A stretch of 58,523 bases of DNA, filler included, from Stramenopiles sp. TOSAG23-6 (lineage: Eukaryota): the NCBI GenBank assembly GCA_900128565.1. It is 2 parts of 2 records of this genome, joined end to end, with 100 filler letters (N's around TTAATTAATTAA, not from the genome) between each part and the next. Parts side by side here need not be neighbours in the genome. Positions count along the whole stretch, not along the records: positions 1 to 29,221 come from LT635974.1; 1 more part is not named here. One strand, given 5' to 3'. Below, one piece after another: positions 1-11,739 of the stretch (positions are counted from its first letter, which is position 1; every line of letters begins with the position of its first letter). The position numbers were made by a program, and so were the translations under genes. Under the pieces are notes generated by a model. The model saw nothing but the letters and a program-made list of their open reading frames with translations. It was not told the origin of the DNA and searched no databases.

Positions 1-3000
1 GGTATGAAAGAGAAATAAAAGAAGAAATTTTAGAACCGCAATCGAAACTGCAACATGTTTCAAGTGGATTTGCAAAACAGGTCAATCGTAGCTCCGCGAC
101 TCCATCGGACCTTCCACAACTTCAAATGCGATCTTCTACACGAAATGGAGGCATGGGAATTTGGGATATGCATGAAAATTCGATAAAGTCAATGTATAAA
201 GAATCCTTTAATTTGAGAATATCAAAAAATAGTATATCAATTTCTGAACATAGAATTCCTCTTTCTTATTCAAGAAATTCAACAATGATATATCATCATC
301 CTATGGATGCCCCATCCCATTCAAAAACAGCCAAAAGCAAAAATATTCCAAACAACAAAAAGCAAATTACAGAAATGCAGTAGAAAAGTTTGTCGATATA
401 GTTTCGCAAAGACAACAAAATCCACTGGCTACTTTTCTTCGAAGTAGCAACTCATATGAAACAAATGATATGTATCGTAGAAATAGACCGAAAACTGTTG
501 GTAAAAGTCTGCAGAATTATGGAATGCGAGATTGCGAATCTCAAGGAATTGGAAGTGCTCTATCACAAAGTTCTGAAATTCATGTATTAGATCTCAGTGG
601 AAACCATTTTACTAATAAAGGAGTTTCGGCAATTCTTTCGGCGGGTCTTGAAACAAATACTTCTTTGGTCGAATTAGACTTTTCAGGAAGTAGAATGGGT
701 TCAAAAGGTGCCGATGCCCTCTTCCAATACATTTGTCGACCAGAATGTCGCATGTATGTTTTATTTTTTTTTTCAATTTTGATTTTATTTTTCGTACGCA
801 ATTTTATCCCTAACGATTTTTTTTTGAAATATTTTTCCAAAATACATAGAAGTTCTCAATATATCAAAAAATAATCTAGGCGACAGTGCTATATCATCAA
901 TCTGTGAAGCTTTGGATCGCAACAAATATCAAAACACGTCTCTCATTACACTAGATATATCACACAACGGAGCAGGCAATAAAACTGCGACAGTTCTTGC
1001 AAGAGTTCTCGGTATGAGCACAAGTACAATTCAAGATCTGAATTTGAGTTGGAGTCATATAAGAGGAAGTGCATTTGTTTCACTTATTATGTCTATTATG
1101 AAAAATAATTCTTTGAAATCACTTGATGTGTCTTGGAACATTCTTGGAAACGGGGGTGCCCATGCAAAACTTCCCAGTAATAGTGCAAAAGTTTTAAGCC
1201 AACTGTTCCTTTTTAATAAATGTCTAACACATCTCAACCTTGCAAACTGTAGATTAAATAAGACTGATGTCGTTGAAATTGCAAAGGGTTTAAAAAAAAA
1301 TGAAACTATCTTTGGTTTACATTTTGAAGGAAACTCTGGCTATGTTGATGGCAATGGATTCTTGAAGCCATCAGAATCGCAAGGATATAAAGGTACTGCT
1401 ATAGAAGTTGCGCCTAGTCGTCTGAATGAAGTCGCTTACGCAAAGCAAAATTTTAATGGTGGAGCTCATTCGAATCATCCACAAATACAGAATCTCTCGG
1501 GACAAATTATGAGACAATATGGCAGCTGTTTTATACCTTCCAAAACGACAGAAAAATAACATTGATACTCACACGGATAAGGATTCGCTTCATCCAGAAG
1601 AGTTCAGCGAACCTCATGATAAAACAAACTCAAGTGCATCTGGAAGTTTCCAACCAATGCAGCTAAAAGAGAAATATTTTAACAATCTTCCAGTTTGTAG
1701 AGCATACAATTTTGGAATTTGTACGGCTCAAGCGTTTAACATGTGTAATAATGCACATGTTTGTTGGGTTTGTCAGAAACCACACTCTTGTAAGTCTCAG
1801 GCGCGATGTCGTATGAAAGTGTCATTACCTAAAAAGTCAAGATTAAGTTGTCCATGTTGGATATGTGATGAATGGTCAGCATATGAATTTCGATGGACTC
1901 CTGGTATTTCAGGTGACATTTTTGACGAAACAGATGTATGGGTACATCTTTCTATTGATGATTGGAAACCGGCAGTGCTTCATGCTGATTACGGTAAATT
2001 AAGCACTATTAGAATGATTCCAAAAGGTGTTCAGGTGGAGTATGTACGTTTCAATTTTTTTTTCAATTTCAAATTTGTTTTTTTTTCGTACCCAATTTTG
2101 TACCTAACGAGTTCTTTTTATACTACATTTTTGAAATATTTTTTCACAATACATTATTTTACTTCTAGTAAACGAGGGCCGTTTACTGCATCGGATCAAA
2201 ATTTAGGTGTATGTGGAACGCAAACATTCCCTTTGGCACTTTTAAATTATGTATACGTAATAGCTGATGATATTGTAAAAAGTGTGAAGAATGAATTCAA
2301 CGACGAAGAATCTTCTGATAGCGATGTAGAAAGTGAAGACTCCCAGAAAATAGCATTACTTTCAAAATATAAACCACGACAAGAACCTCCAAGTAAAAAA
2401 CTCCAACAACAGAGAATTAATGTTTGGTCTCCGAATTCTTCTGTCTGGATTTGGCGTCCAATATCATGTGATTCGCGGAGTTTTTATACAACTCACTTCG
2501 TATTGGACTTCTCTTGTGAAACGGAATGGAATAGAATGAAATGTCGCCCAGGGCTTTTTAGATTAGTGAAACGCATTAATGGAGAACGAGAGATGAATCT
2601 TCTTAGTCTTGCACTTCGAGAACATTTTGTTGTGCTTTGTAGAATATTTAATTTTTTATGTGCAATATCGAGTTCAGCACAGGATAGTAATCCATTTCAA
2701 TTATATTTTAATGTATTCTTTCGTGTCGTTTGTTGTACATGGAAACTCAATATGAAAAGGGAAGTGATATTGGATTTGTGGAAACTTACCACAGAGAATG
2801 AACATATTGAAAACAAACTACAAACAGAGAAATCTTTACCAGTTAAACAAAAGACAATGACCCGTTCGGAGTTTTTTGAACTAATTATTCGCATCATTGC
2901 ACAAAAGCTAATTCGAGCAAGGGTTGTAGATAGATTGTCAAAAGGAGTTGGTGTACTCCTCAAAGACTTTTTGATCCCAAATTTAAAGCTTCATCCTCTA

Positions 3001-5177
3001 GGTAACTATATCATGAAAGATCAAAAGGAATGGCGCCACAGAGAGTTATATAGAAAAGTTATTGACCAAACATTTCGCTTACACTTGATACAACTTCTTA
3101 ACATATTTAGATTTTGGGCGAAACGTGATATTGCATCAGATGAAAACTTACGAAAGATGACAATGGATGAGTTCTGTAGTTTTTGTCAATGCATTGGCTT
3201 TGTTGAAGATACAGTAAACAGAAAAGAGGAGTACATTCTTTCAAAAGAACAAATTAAACTGATATTTATAGATTCACGTATGATACTGATTGATACAGAA
3301 TGTGAGGGAACTGTGGGATTAGCATTTGTTGATTTTCTTGAGGCATTGTTGCGTCTTTGTGCACAGCCTGAATTAAAAACAGTCTTACATAATCCTGAAG
3401 TAGAAAATGAAATTGTGGTTAAAGTAAAAGCTTCAGAGGCAAACAAAAACGAAATGGAACATAAGAGGAAAGATACAGATAGAGAGTATGGTTTCAAAGA
3501 CAAAGCAAAGCATGGAAATCGTGATAGTTCAGTTGCTGTTGTTCCGAATCAAGAAGTTGCTAACAGCAATTCAAGTGTAGTTGACCCATTTGAGTCCCCA
3601 TCAAAGTCAAATGAGGTATCTGATTCCTCTTCTAGTACTATTTCAAGCACGGCATCTGAGTCTGAAGATATTGAACCGTCATTATCTCTAGAATTAAAAC
3701 TGCTTTTGTCAATTATATTTAAACGTATGCCGATTGCACTGAAACGACTAGTAGAACAGAAAAAGATGAAAGAAAAACACAGTATAAATCTACGCAAATA
3801 CTCAAAACTTAACTATGCATCAACTTCAGTTCAATTTAATACTCGTGTAAGTATATTTTCAAAGAAAGCTGGTTACGACGAATCATTTAAAAACATTGAA
3901 TTACCTGCTTGGCAAACGTGGATGTCACAAATAATGATTTACGACCCATCTTTACTTGATATTTTTCTAGAGAGACTAAAATTAAGTCCCTCGAAGAATT
4001 GTACAAAAGAGCGACTGCATCATCAGATGTCTGATGTGAATTGGTTATTTGATGTATCTAACGGTATGAGTAAAAATTTACAACGTGATTTGATCAATGA
4101 AGCGTGTGAAGTATTAGGTACAAATGGGGTTTTCAAAAGTAACATTTTACTGTCCTATCTTTCGTATTTTCGACCGAATCCTACAAAAAACAAATTTTGA
4201 TATTCGTGACAGTATTTTTTGGTAAGCGCATTCAAACTTGTTCAGCACATGCAGCATTTAATACAAATAAAGTATTTGAAGAAGCTTTCCAATCAGAGTT
4301 TGATTTAATAATTGGAAACTTTACTGAAATTTTAAAAGACGAAAAGGAAAAAGACGATTTAAAAAACACAATGTCTAAGTTATACAAGCAATTTGTGTTT
4401 TTTTTTAATGTCGTCTGCATTTTTTTGTAAACAATCCGGTTCAATTTCTCATGCAGGATTTAGTAATTTAATACACGACATTAAAATGGAAGACATTGCC
4501 GAGGATATTTGTGACTTTGATGGTATTTTTAAAGAAAATGTTGAATTAAATAGAAATCCTTCAACGCAGCAAAAATTAAATTTGGGTCTGAATCGATTTC
4601 AATTCTTAGCTGCTATGATCAAAGTTGGATTGAAAATATTTTATGATTCGAATTCAAGTCCTGGTGAAGCAATTGTCGTTTTTTATAACAAGCATATTTT
4701 ACCTTTTGTGAAAAAAAAAAAGAAGAGCCTTTTGACATTTAGATCTTATTTAGACCGAGAAACATTTCGCCGGCGATTTCTCTACGCCTCAGCAGCACCA
4801 GCTATATTTTTGCGTTCCAAATCCGAAATATTAAAGGAAATATTTTTGAAATGTAATAAAACCAAAGCAAACACAAAAAACACAAAAGTAATAAGAAATC
4901 AAATGATAAAATGTCATGGGAAGCTTGGGAAATATTTGTAAATTATGCAAATATTAATAATTTATCGCATATACCAATTCGAATAGCATTCAATCATTCA
5001 CATATGTTTCAAGTGAAAAAAATATTCCAAGAAAGTTTCTTAACATTTGAGGAATTTCTGGAAGCTATCTCAAGACTAGCTCATATGACTGGCCAAAAAC
5101 GTCGACCGCTTGTATTGAACATTAAGGATCTGTGGACAGATGATGTACTCAACAATATTCTTGACAAACTTTCATGA
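1..5177 (+). CDS. Large RI-like leucine-rich-repeat protein with Cys-rich region and EF-hand-like C-terminal modules; 5'-partial, two non-canonical introns, several apparent frameshifts
   Basis: LRR motifs (LDLSGNHF, LDISHNGAG, LNLSWSHI, LNLANCRL), then CPCWICDEW..FRWTPGISG and FVDFLEALLR / FEEFLEAISRLA. Pieces 126-383, 470-874, 912-1559, 1519-4200, 4197-4430, 4393-4941 and 4911-5177 join through introns 754-847 and 2044-2154 and 1-nt shifts, mostly in A/T runs. Confidence 0.7.
754..847 (+). other. Non-canonical family intron (GT...AT, 94 nt)
   Basis: cgc at|GTATGTTT...CGTACGCAATTTTATCCCTAAC...CAAAATACAT|a gaa; removal gives the LRR CRIEVLNISKNNLGD in frame with ORF 912. Confidence 0.85.
2044..2154 (+). 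other. Non-canonical family intron (GT...AT, 111 nt, in frame, no stop)
   Basis: gag tat|GTACGTTTC...TTGTACCTAAC...CACAATACAT|tat ttt; removal gives VQVEYYFTS and deletes an out-of-place Phe-rich insert. Confidence 0.8.
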
Positions 5178-5404
5178 AATCGTTGAGTTGTTGATTCAGT
5201 TTCATCAAACAATGTTTCCAAGGTAAATGATGGATTTCAATAAAAAACTAACATAAATTATGATAAATAATAATGATATTGATAGCTTCAAAGATATATT
5301 TAATTACAACTTTTATTCACAGTATGACTTTTTTACGACAACTAATTACTCTTATTTGTTCTTGTGTAGAAAAACACGAAACAACTTCTAGAGAAAAAAA
5401 AAAG

Positions 5405-6091
5405 TCAACAGCATGAAGAATCTTTTTTACCATCCGTCAGTTGTACACTGGAATTACCTTGTTTATTCGAAGAACTATTGCTATTGTTTGACTGAGAAAA
5501 CCCCGTATTTGGCTTATCAGGCACCTTGGGTGCTTTCTTTATTTGGTTATGCACAACTTCTTCTGCGAGTCGTTGGAAAGCAACTTTTACTCCTTGATCA
5601 GTCTTCGCACTCACCTCAAAATGTTGACAACCATATGACTTTGCAAGTTTCATCGCTTCCTTTAAAGTCACTTGTCGCTGACTTGATAAATCACTTTTGT
5701 TCCCAACTATTAAAATTTGTGGATCAGTTTCCACGTTATCTTTAATCTGCTGCATCCAGTGCGTAATATTAGTGAATGTTTCACGATTAGTTATGTCATA
5801 TACCATGAGAACACCTTGTGAACCACGGTAAAACTGTGTGGTCAGCGTTCGAAATCGCTCCTGTCCAGCAGTATCCCATATTCTCAATTTTACTCTCTTT
5901 CCATCTATTTGGAGGGTCTTATTACGGAAGTCTATTCCAATAGTCGAGATAAACACGTCATGGAAGTCATCTTCTACATACTGAGTCAGCAAACTTGATT
6001 TTCCGACCCCCGAGTCTCCCAACAAAAGAAGTTTCAGTAAAGTATCAAATGTATCCCGCCGACTACCTCTACGCTTCGAACCACTACTCAT
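5405..6091 (-). CDS. RAB8: Rab8/Sec4/RabE-like small GTPase
   Basis: GDSGVGKS, FISTIGIDF, WDTAGQERFRT, GNKSD, EVSAK, C-terminal CC prenylation motif. Confidence 0.9.
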   Translation of the reverse strand: MSSGSKRRGSRRDTFDTLLKLLLLGDSGVGKSSLLTQYVEDDFHDVFISTIGIDFRNKTLQIDGKRVKLRIWDTAGQERFRTLTTQFYRGSQGVLMVYDITNRETFTNITHWMQQIKDNVETDPQILIVGNKSDLSSQRQVTLKEAMKLAKSYGCQHFEVSAKTDQGVKVAFQRLAEEVVHNQIKKAPKVPDKPNTGFSQSNNSNSSSNKQGNSSVQLTDGKKDSSCC

Positions 6092-6194
6092 TGGTGAATT
6101 AAATTATGAAAATAGACAATGCAACGGAGATAAAAAATCACCTCAGTTGCTTGCTCTCCAGGGAGGAAAGGAAAAGTCGGTACGTTAAATATCA

Positions 6195-6209
6195 AAACCC
6201 TAACCCTAA
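6195..6209 (-). promoter_or_regulatory. Telomere-like box (TTAGGGTTAGGGTTT on the sense strand) about 105 nt upstream of the Rab gene
   Basis: AAACCCTAACCCTAA on +; the same motif recurs upstream of four other genes. Confidence 0.5.
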
Positions 6210-6266
6210 TTGGATATTTATTGTAATTCAAAAATAAATTTGAGATTTGAGATTAGTACTGTATGG

Positions 6267-7709
6267 TCAGAGTAACATCGGATGCAGGAATGACTGGATT
6301 ATTTTGTTAGTCTCTTCTTCCTTTTCTTCAGCAATTATCCTACGTTTTTCTTTCATTTGTTTTGCTTGAATATGAAATGATATTTTGCATTGCTCTCTAT
6401 ATTTTTCCATCGCTTCAGTCGCTCTACGATTTGACTCACGATGTTCTTCTTTTTNTTTTTTAACTATTTCTTCTAGACTAAGTAAATTATTATTATATTT
6501 TGTATTATTTTGTATTCTGTCATTGTCATTTGTTACATCTTGGGAATTTAATTCATTAAAATTTTGTATTGCCATCCTATTCAGTCTTTTTCGATCTAAT
6601 TTGTTCTTAATAATTTGAAATGCCTCAAAAACACATCTCCCGCGTTTACCATGAAAATATAAAATAATTTTTCTTAATTGCAAAGCATTTGATTGTTCCA
6701 TACTATCAATAGAATTTGTACTATTATCTACATTGAAAATATGAGCCACATCAACTAAATAACCACCATCAATTAATTCACGCAATTTCAAATTTAAACG
6801 TTGTTGCCTTTGTTGAATTGCTCGATTTCGTTTTAGTGCTTGAGCGTCAGCAATAGTTCGCGAAATGGCATTCATCTTTTTACGTAGTTTTTGAGAATTT
6901 TGCTTTGTTTCTCTCCGAGTTTTTACTTTTTGCATCGCTTTCGCTACCGAGGCTTGTCCTGGTGTTAGTCCAGATCTTGGGTTACGAGGATATGTAGGCC
7001 ATAACCAACGTTGATCCCTCACCACTTTAGGTGAGAAATGCTGAAAAGCTACGACATTTCTATAAATAGTTCTTGATTTTTCGGCGGCTCGCAACGCTTT
7101 TACCCGGCGCCAAGCATCAGTAAGTTTTTCTTCATAATTACGAGTTGATGTGGTTGGGAAAATATTCCGTATCTTTTGAAAGGAACCCTGTACTCCTACA
7201 CGAATTTTTGTATTTTTTGGAAATTGGCCCAACTGTTGCCAAGCTTTAACTTCTTCTGCCTCTACAGGACCATTGATAGCGTTAGTGCTTGAATTTCTGT
7301 AAAATATAATATTTGCATCATTATATTTACTCCGCGAAATTTTTGAAATAACCACATGGGACTTAATCCGTGGTAGTGTTGACGAGAGTGTATGATTGTG
7401 TGTATTCAGAGTATTAGGAACTGGAAATAAAAAAGATGACTTCTTTTCTAACCTTCGTTCTAATCGTTCTTTCATTGATATCTCATGTGGCCCAAAGTGT
7501 GAAGGACCATAGGAATAGACTGTCTGCGATGGCGACACGCTGCCTTTTTTGTTTCCGCATATAGAGTGTAGTTTTTGTAATAGGCGCTTGTCTTTAAAAT
7601 ACTTTTTTCGTCCGTGAGGAGTCAGCACTTTAGTTTTTTCACTGTGTCTTGCAGTCATCATTCTTGAGTCAGTAGTACGGTCTTGGAAGGACACTCTTAC
7701 TGCATTCAT
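6267..7709 (-). CDS. Hypothetical basic coiled-coil protein with a GYF-like segment
   Basis: 480-aa ORF; FYRNSSTNAINGPVEAEEVKAWQQLGQF resembles a GYF domain. Confidence 0.65.
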   Translation of the reverse strand: MNAVRVSFQDRTTDSRMMTARHSEKTKVLTPHGRKKYFKDKRLLQKLHSICGNKKGSVSPSQTVYSYGPSHFGPHEISMKERLERRLEKKSSFLFPVPNTLNTHNHTLSSTLPRIKSHVVISKISRSKYNDANIIFYRNSSTNAINGPVEAEEVKAWQQLGQFPKNTKIRVGVQGSFQKIRNIFPTTSTRNYEEKLTDAWRRVKALRAAEKSRTIYRNVVAFQHFSPKVVRDQRWLWPTYPRNPRSGLTPGQASVAKAMQKVKTRRETKQNSQKLRKKMNAISRTIADAQALKRNRAIQQRQQRLNLKLRELIDGGYLVDVAHIFNVDNSTNSIDSMEQSNALQLRKIILYFHGKRGRCVFEAFQIIKNKLDRKRLNRMAIQNFNELNSQDVTNDNDRIQNNTKYNNNLLSLEEIVKKXKEEHRESNRRATEAMEKYREQCKISFHIQAKQMKEKRRIIAEEKEEETNKIIQSFLHPMLL

Positions 7710-8062
7710 TATTCAGCTACTTTCGTGCCTATCAAGGCGAAAATATGCATAGAATCATCTAACAAAGCGGTCTAGCTTTGTTTCATTCTTGAAGTCTTTG
7801 ATTTGACTACACAACGATTGTGCAAGTACACTTGTGGACTACTAAGACTACTAGCTACTAGTAGTAGTACATACTGGTACCATAGCTACCATATAGGAGG
7901 AGACAGTCGATTTTTGACAGTTTCTCAAAAACCGTCAAAAACCGCCGGTCGCGTCTCCGACGCAATCAAATTGAGAAAATGTTCTACTCACAAATAATGA
8001 AGAAATAACTACATCTTTTTATAAATATAATACTTCGCTGGCGAAAAATTTGTTCAACTTTT

Positions 8063-11000
8063 TCACGCTGTAGATTTAGGTCTGTCCCATGTCATTTCTT
8101 TGGTTACCTTGTTATAGAATATAGTTTTCTGAGTAGCTTCATCAGTATAACTAACCCAATCTTCAGGTAAATCATTTAAATTACTTTCACTTGCATTACA
8201 GTGACCACTTTCACCTTCACAAATATCACTTGGTTGAATTTCCTCCGGATTCAATGAAATTTCAATACTGAGGGAGCCTGTTGCATCACCATCAACAAAT
8301 ATATTAGGCCCGTGTTTAGAATTCCGTGTTTTCATACCGCTTTTTGATCGTCCATGTTCCATTATAGCTTTTGCAATTTCCGTTCCTAGAACTTGGTGAA
8401 TATATCTTCTTAATGGTCTTGCGCCATACATCGGTTCATATGCTTGCTCTACAATAGTATCAATACCATTGTCCGATACAGTCAAATTAGCTCTGTTCCC
8501 TATATTAATATCGAATTGATTCACAAGTATTCGAGTGATCTCTGTTAATTGGGGCATCGATAAAGAAGCAAATATAATAATATCATCCAAACGATTCAAA
8601 AATTCAGGTCGAAAGTGTTGTTTGACTTCTTTCATCACAGACTTTTTAGCCATATTTAAACTTTGTTTGTTCTTTGAATCCGTGTACACATCTGCAAGAA
8701 ACTGACTGCCCAAATTAGATGTCATAATGATGTATGTATTGCTGAAATCTACAGTAACACCTTTTCCATCTGTTAAACGTCCATCATCGAGAACTTGAAG
8801 GAAGGAAGTCAACACAATTTGATGAGCTTTTTCAATTTCATCGAGAAGAACAACACAATATGGTTTTCTCCTTACAGCTTCGGTAAGTTGACCACCGCTA
8901 TCATGTCCGATATATCCCGGAGGACTTCCAATCATTCTTGCAACGGAATGTTTCTCCGAATATTCACTCATATCTAATCGAACAATTGCATTTTCATCAT
9001 CAAATAATTGTTCTGCTAATGCTTTTGCAAGTTCTGTTTTTCCCACACCCGTAGGACCGAGAAAAAGAAATGACCCAGATGGTTGATTTTCGGCACCAAT
9101 ACCAGCACGACTTCTTAATACTGCATTCGTCACAGCATCAATTGCGTCATTTTGACCAATGATTCTCTCATGTAACTTATTACCTAAACTAAGGATACGA
9201 CTCTTTTCGCCTTCACTAAGCTTTGACAATGGAATCCCTGTAGTTTGACTAACAACTTCTGCAATATGCTCAGGTGCAATTACATCAGTTAAAAGAACAG
9301 CGGCATCATGATGTTTTCGATACTCTTCTATTGTTTTTATTATTTCTGCCCGTCGTAATTCTAATTTTGGTTTCACTGTATGAAGTAACCGTGATACTTC
9401 GTCAACATCTGTATTTGCTTCATTTTCTAAAGCTGATAGATTACTATTAAGGTCGTCAATATCCTGCTGAACCTTGTGAAGAGAATCCATCCTCTCCTTT
9501 TCTTCGGCAAGTCTGCTTCTCATATCTTGCAACTCGTCTCTAGTAGCAGATAGCTCAATGTCAACAATTTCTAATCTCTGAACAATTGGTGATTCACCAT
9601 CCAAATTTTCATCTCCTCCTAATCCAAACCAGGATACAAATGTGGCAAATGTTGAACCATTTGCTGTACGTTCGATATCACGCTGCAAAGATCTTTGTTC
9701 TACAGCAAGTTGCATGTATTTTCTCTCTAGATCCTCCAACTGCTCCGGTTGACTATCTAATTGAACTCTTATTTTTGCACATGCTTCATCAATTAAATCA
9801 ATTGCTTTATCAGGATTAAATCGGTGAGATATGTATCTATCTGATAATCGAGCAGCAATTCGTAATGTCTCATCCAAGATACGGACCCCATGGTGTGCTT
9901 CATACCTTTCACGCAAACCTCGAAGGATAGCAATGGTGTTTTCAACATTCGGTTCTTCTATAAGAACTTTTTGAAATCGACGTTCAAATGCCTTGTCTTT
10001 TTCAATATATTTTCTATACTCATCAGTAGTTGTAGCACCAATCACACGGAGAGATCTTGCAAGTGCAGGCTTTAATAAATTTGCACCATCCATCGATGAA
10101 CCACCACCTGAACCAATCAAACTATGAATTTCATCAATAAATAAAATTACATGTGAAGATCTCTCAGCCTCTGCAATAACTGACTTTAATCTGGCTTCAA
10201 ATTGACCCCTCGCACTTGCACCAGCTATCAGCGCGGCCAAATCTAGCGAATATATGTGAACACCAAGTAAAGAATGTGGTATGTATTGTGAAAAATATTT
10301 AAAAAAAAATCCCGTTAGGTACGGAATTTCGTACGAAAAAAAAAAAAAAAAAAGATATGAAAACGTACACCATTCCAGAAACAATCCGCTGAGCTAATCC
10401 TTCAGCGACAGATGTCTTTCCTACTCCAGGGTCCCCAATAAAAACAGGATTATTCTTTTTTCGTCTGGATAAAATTTGTACTGCACGACGAATTTCCATG
10501 TATTGTGAAAAAATACTCAAAAACAATTGTTAGGTACAAAATTTCGTATGAAAAAAAGATGAAATAAATAATGAAAATGTACATGTCTCTCCCTATGACA
10601 GGATCTAACTCCCCAGCTTCAGCTTTTGCTACAAGATCTAATGCGTACGTTTCTAACGCAAAAAAATCTTCATCCGCAGTAGATCCACCACTTTTCTTAC
10701 TAGAACGATCACGACTATAACCTTTATTATTTCGATGTTTTTGATTTCGTTCATTTTTGGACGTATTCGTTTGACCTCGACTTTTTCGAACTTTGTTAAC
10801 TTGTTTAATGACAGAATTTGCCGTGAGAAGACCTGTTTTCTTTAGTAAAGCTGCGACATCTTTATCCTTTAAAACTGCAACAATAAGATTGTAATGTGTA
10901 TAATATATCAAAATAAAAAAAATGATTATTAAGGTACAAAAGATTACGTCACTGTAGTATTATTTTTAAAAAATATTCCGTATTGGTCAAGTCCAATATG

Positions 11001-11399
11001 AGTTTCATCAGTTTCTAATCGTTCTTTATTAGCCAGACGGAGTACGGCAGATAGTTCGTGTGTTTGACCAAGTTCAAGTGGTGCAGGCGACTGACGAGGT
11101 AATGCAGAAACTTTCCTCCCAAGTTCAACCAAAAAGTTTGAAATGGTTTTACGGACCTTCATTGCTGTTGGGTTTCCACTGATTGACTTTTTCAGGAGCC
11201 TTTGACCAAAAGATCCTTGATCTTCAAATAATGCTCTAGCTAAGTGCATCTGAGAACATGCAGGATTCTTACGTTTTCTAGCAGTTTCTTCTGCTTTCTG
11301 ATATACCTCTAAAGCTTTGTTTGTAAGCTCAAGTTGCCCATTGACAGAGGAATTCAGCGAAAACAGACAAAAAGTTAAAAGTATGCAACGTATAAACAT
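8063..11399 (-). CDS. clpB: ClpB/Hsp100 AAA+ chaperone with N-terminal signal peptide and C-terminal WW domain; 4 exons (11399-10984, 10888-10583, 10497-10369, 10280-8063)
   Basis: [64 protein letters not shown] motif [10 protein letters not shown]...[14 protein letters not shown]. Confidence 0.92.
10281..10368 (-). other. Non-canonical family intron (GT...AT, 88 nt)
   Basis: gga atg gt|GTACGTTTTC...CACAATACAT|a cca restores [15 protein letters not shown] (ClpB consensus GDVPESL). Confidence 0.9.
10498..10582 (-). other. Non-canonical family intron (GT...AT, 85 nt)
   Basis: gac at|GTACATTTTC...CACAATACAT|g gaa restores [12 protein letters not shown] (consensus DPVIGRDEEIRR). Confidence 0.92.
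10889..10983 (-). other. Divergent non-canonical family intron (AT...AA, 95 nt)
   Basis: gac ca|ATACGG...TTTTGTACCTTAAT...CACATTACAA|t ctt restores the Clp-N motif HIGLDHLIVAVL. Confidence 0.75.
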
Positions 11400-11585
11400 T
11401 TGCGTTCTTCAGTGGGCTTTGACGGTCCGTGTTTAGATATTTATCGGGAAACAGAGTTGTTCCTTTTCCTTATAATGGTTTGATGAAAAGAATGTGAAAA
11501 GTTTCTTTTTTATCGAATCTTTTTGTCGTGTCGTCAGCAGGCAGGATGTTCGGATTTGTCGGATATATTAATTTTCAAACATTGG

Positions 11586-11600
11586 AAACCCCCAACCCTA
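11586..11600 (-). promoter_or_regulatory. Degenerate telomere-like box upstream of clpB
   Basis: AAACCCCCAACCCTA on +, about 190 nt upstream of ATG 11399. Confidence 0.35.
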
Positions 11601-11739
11601 GTACATAATTTATATTTTCATCAATGTGATGTATTTCATTCTCTCGTATAACAACTAATTTATCTAATGCGATTTTATTTTAAAAAGAAAGCAAGAAATT
11701 TTAAAATAATATATATATGATGACGCGCTGCGATTCTAT

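Noticed and set aside
7803-7997. Short ORF and CTA/TAG-rich tract (similar tracts near 24305, 34700, 50660)
   Set aside because: TTG start and no recognisable protein; the tracts share no clear consensus, so no regulatory claim is supportable.
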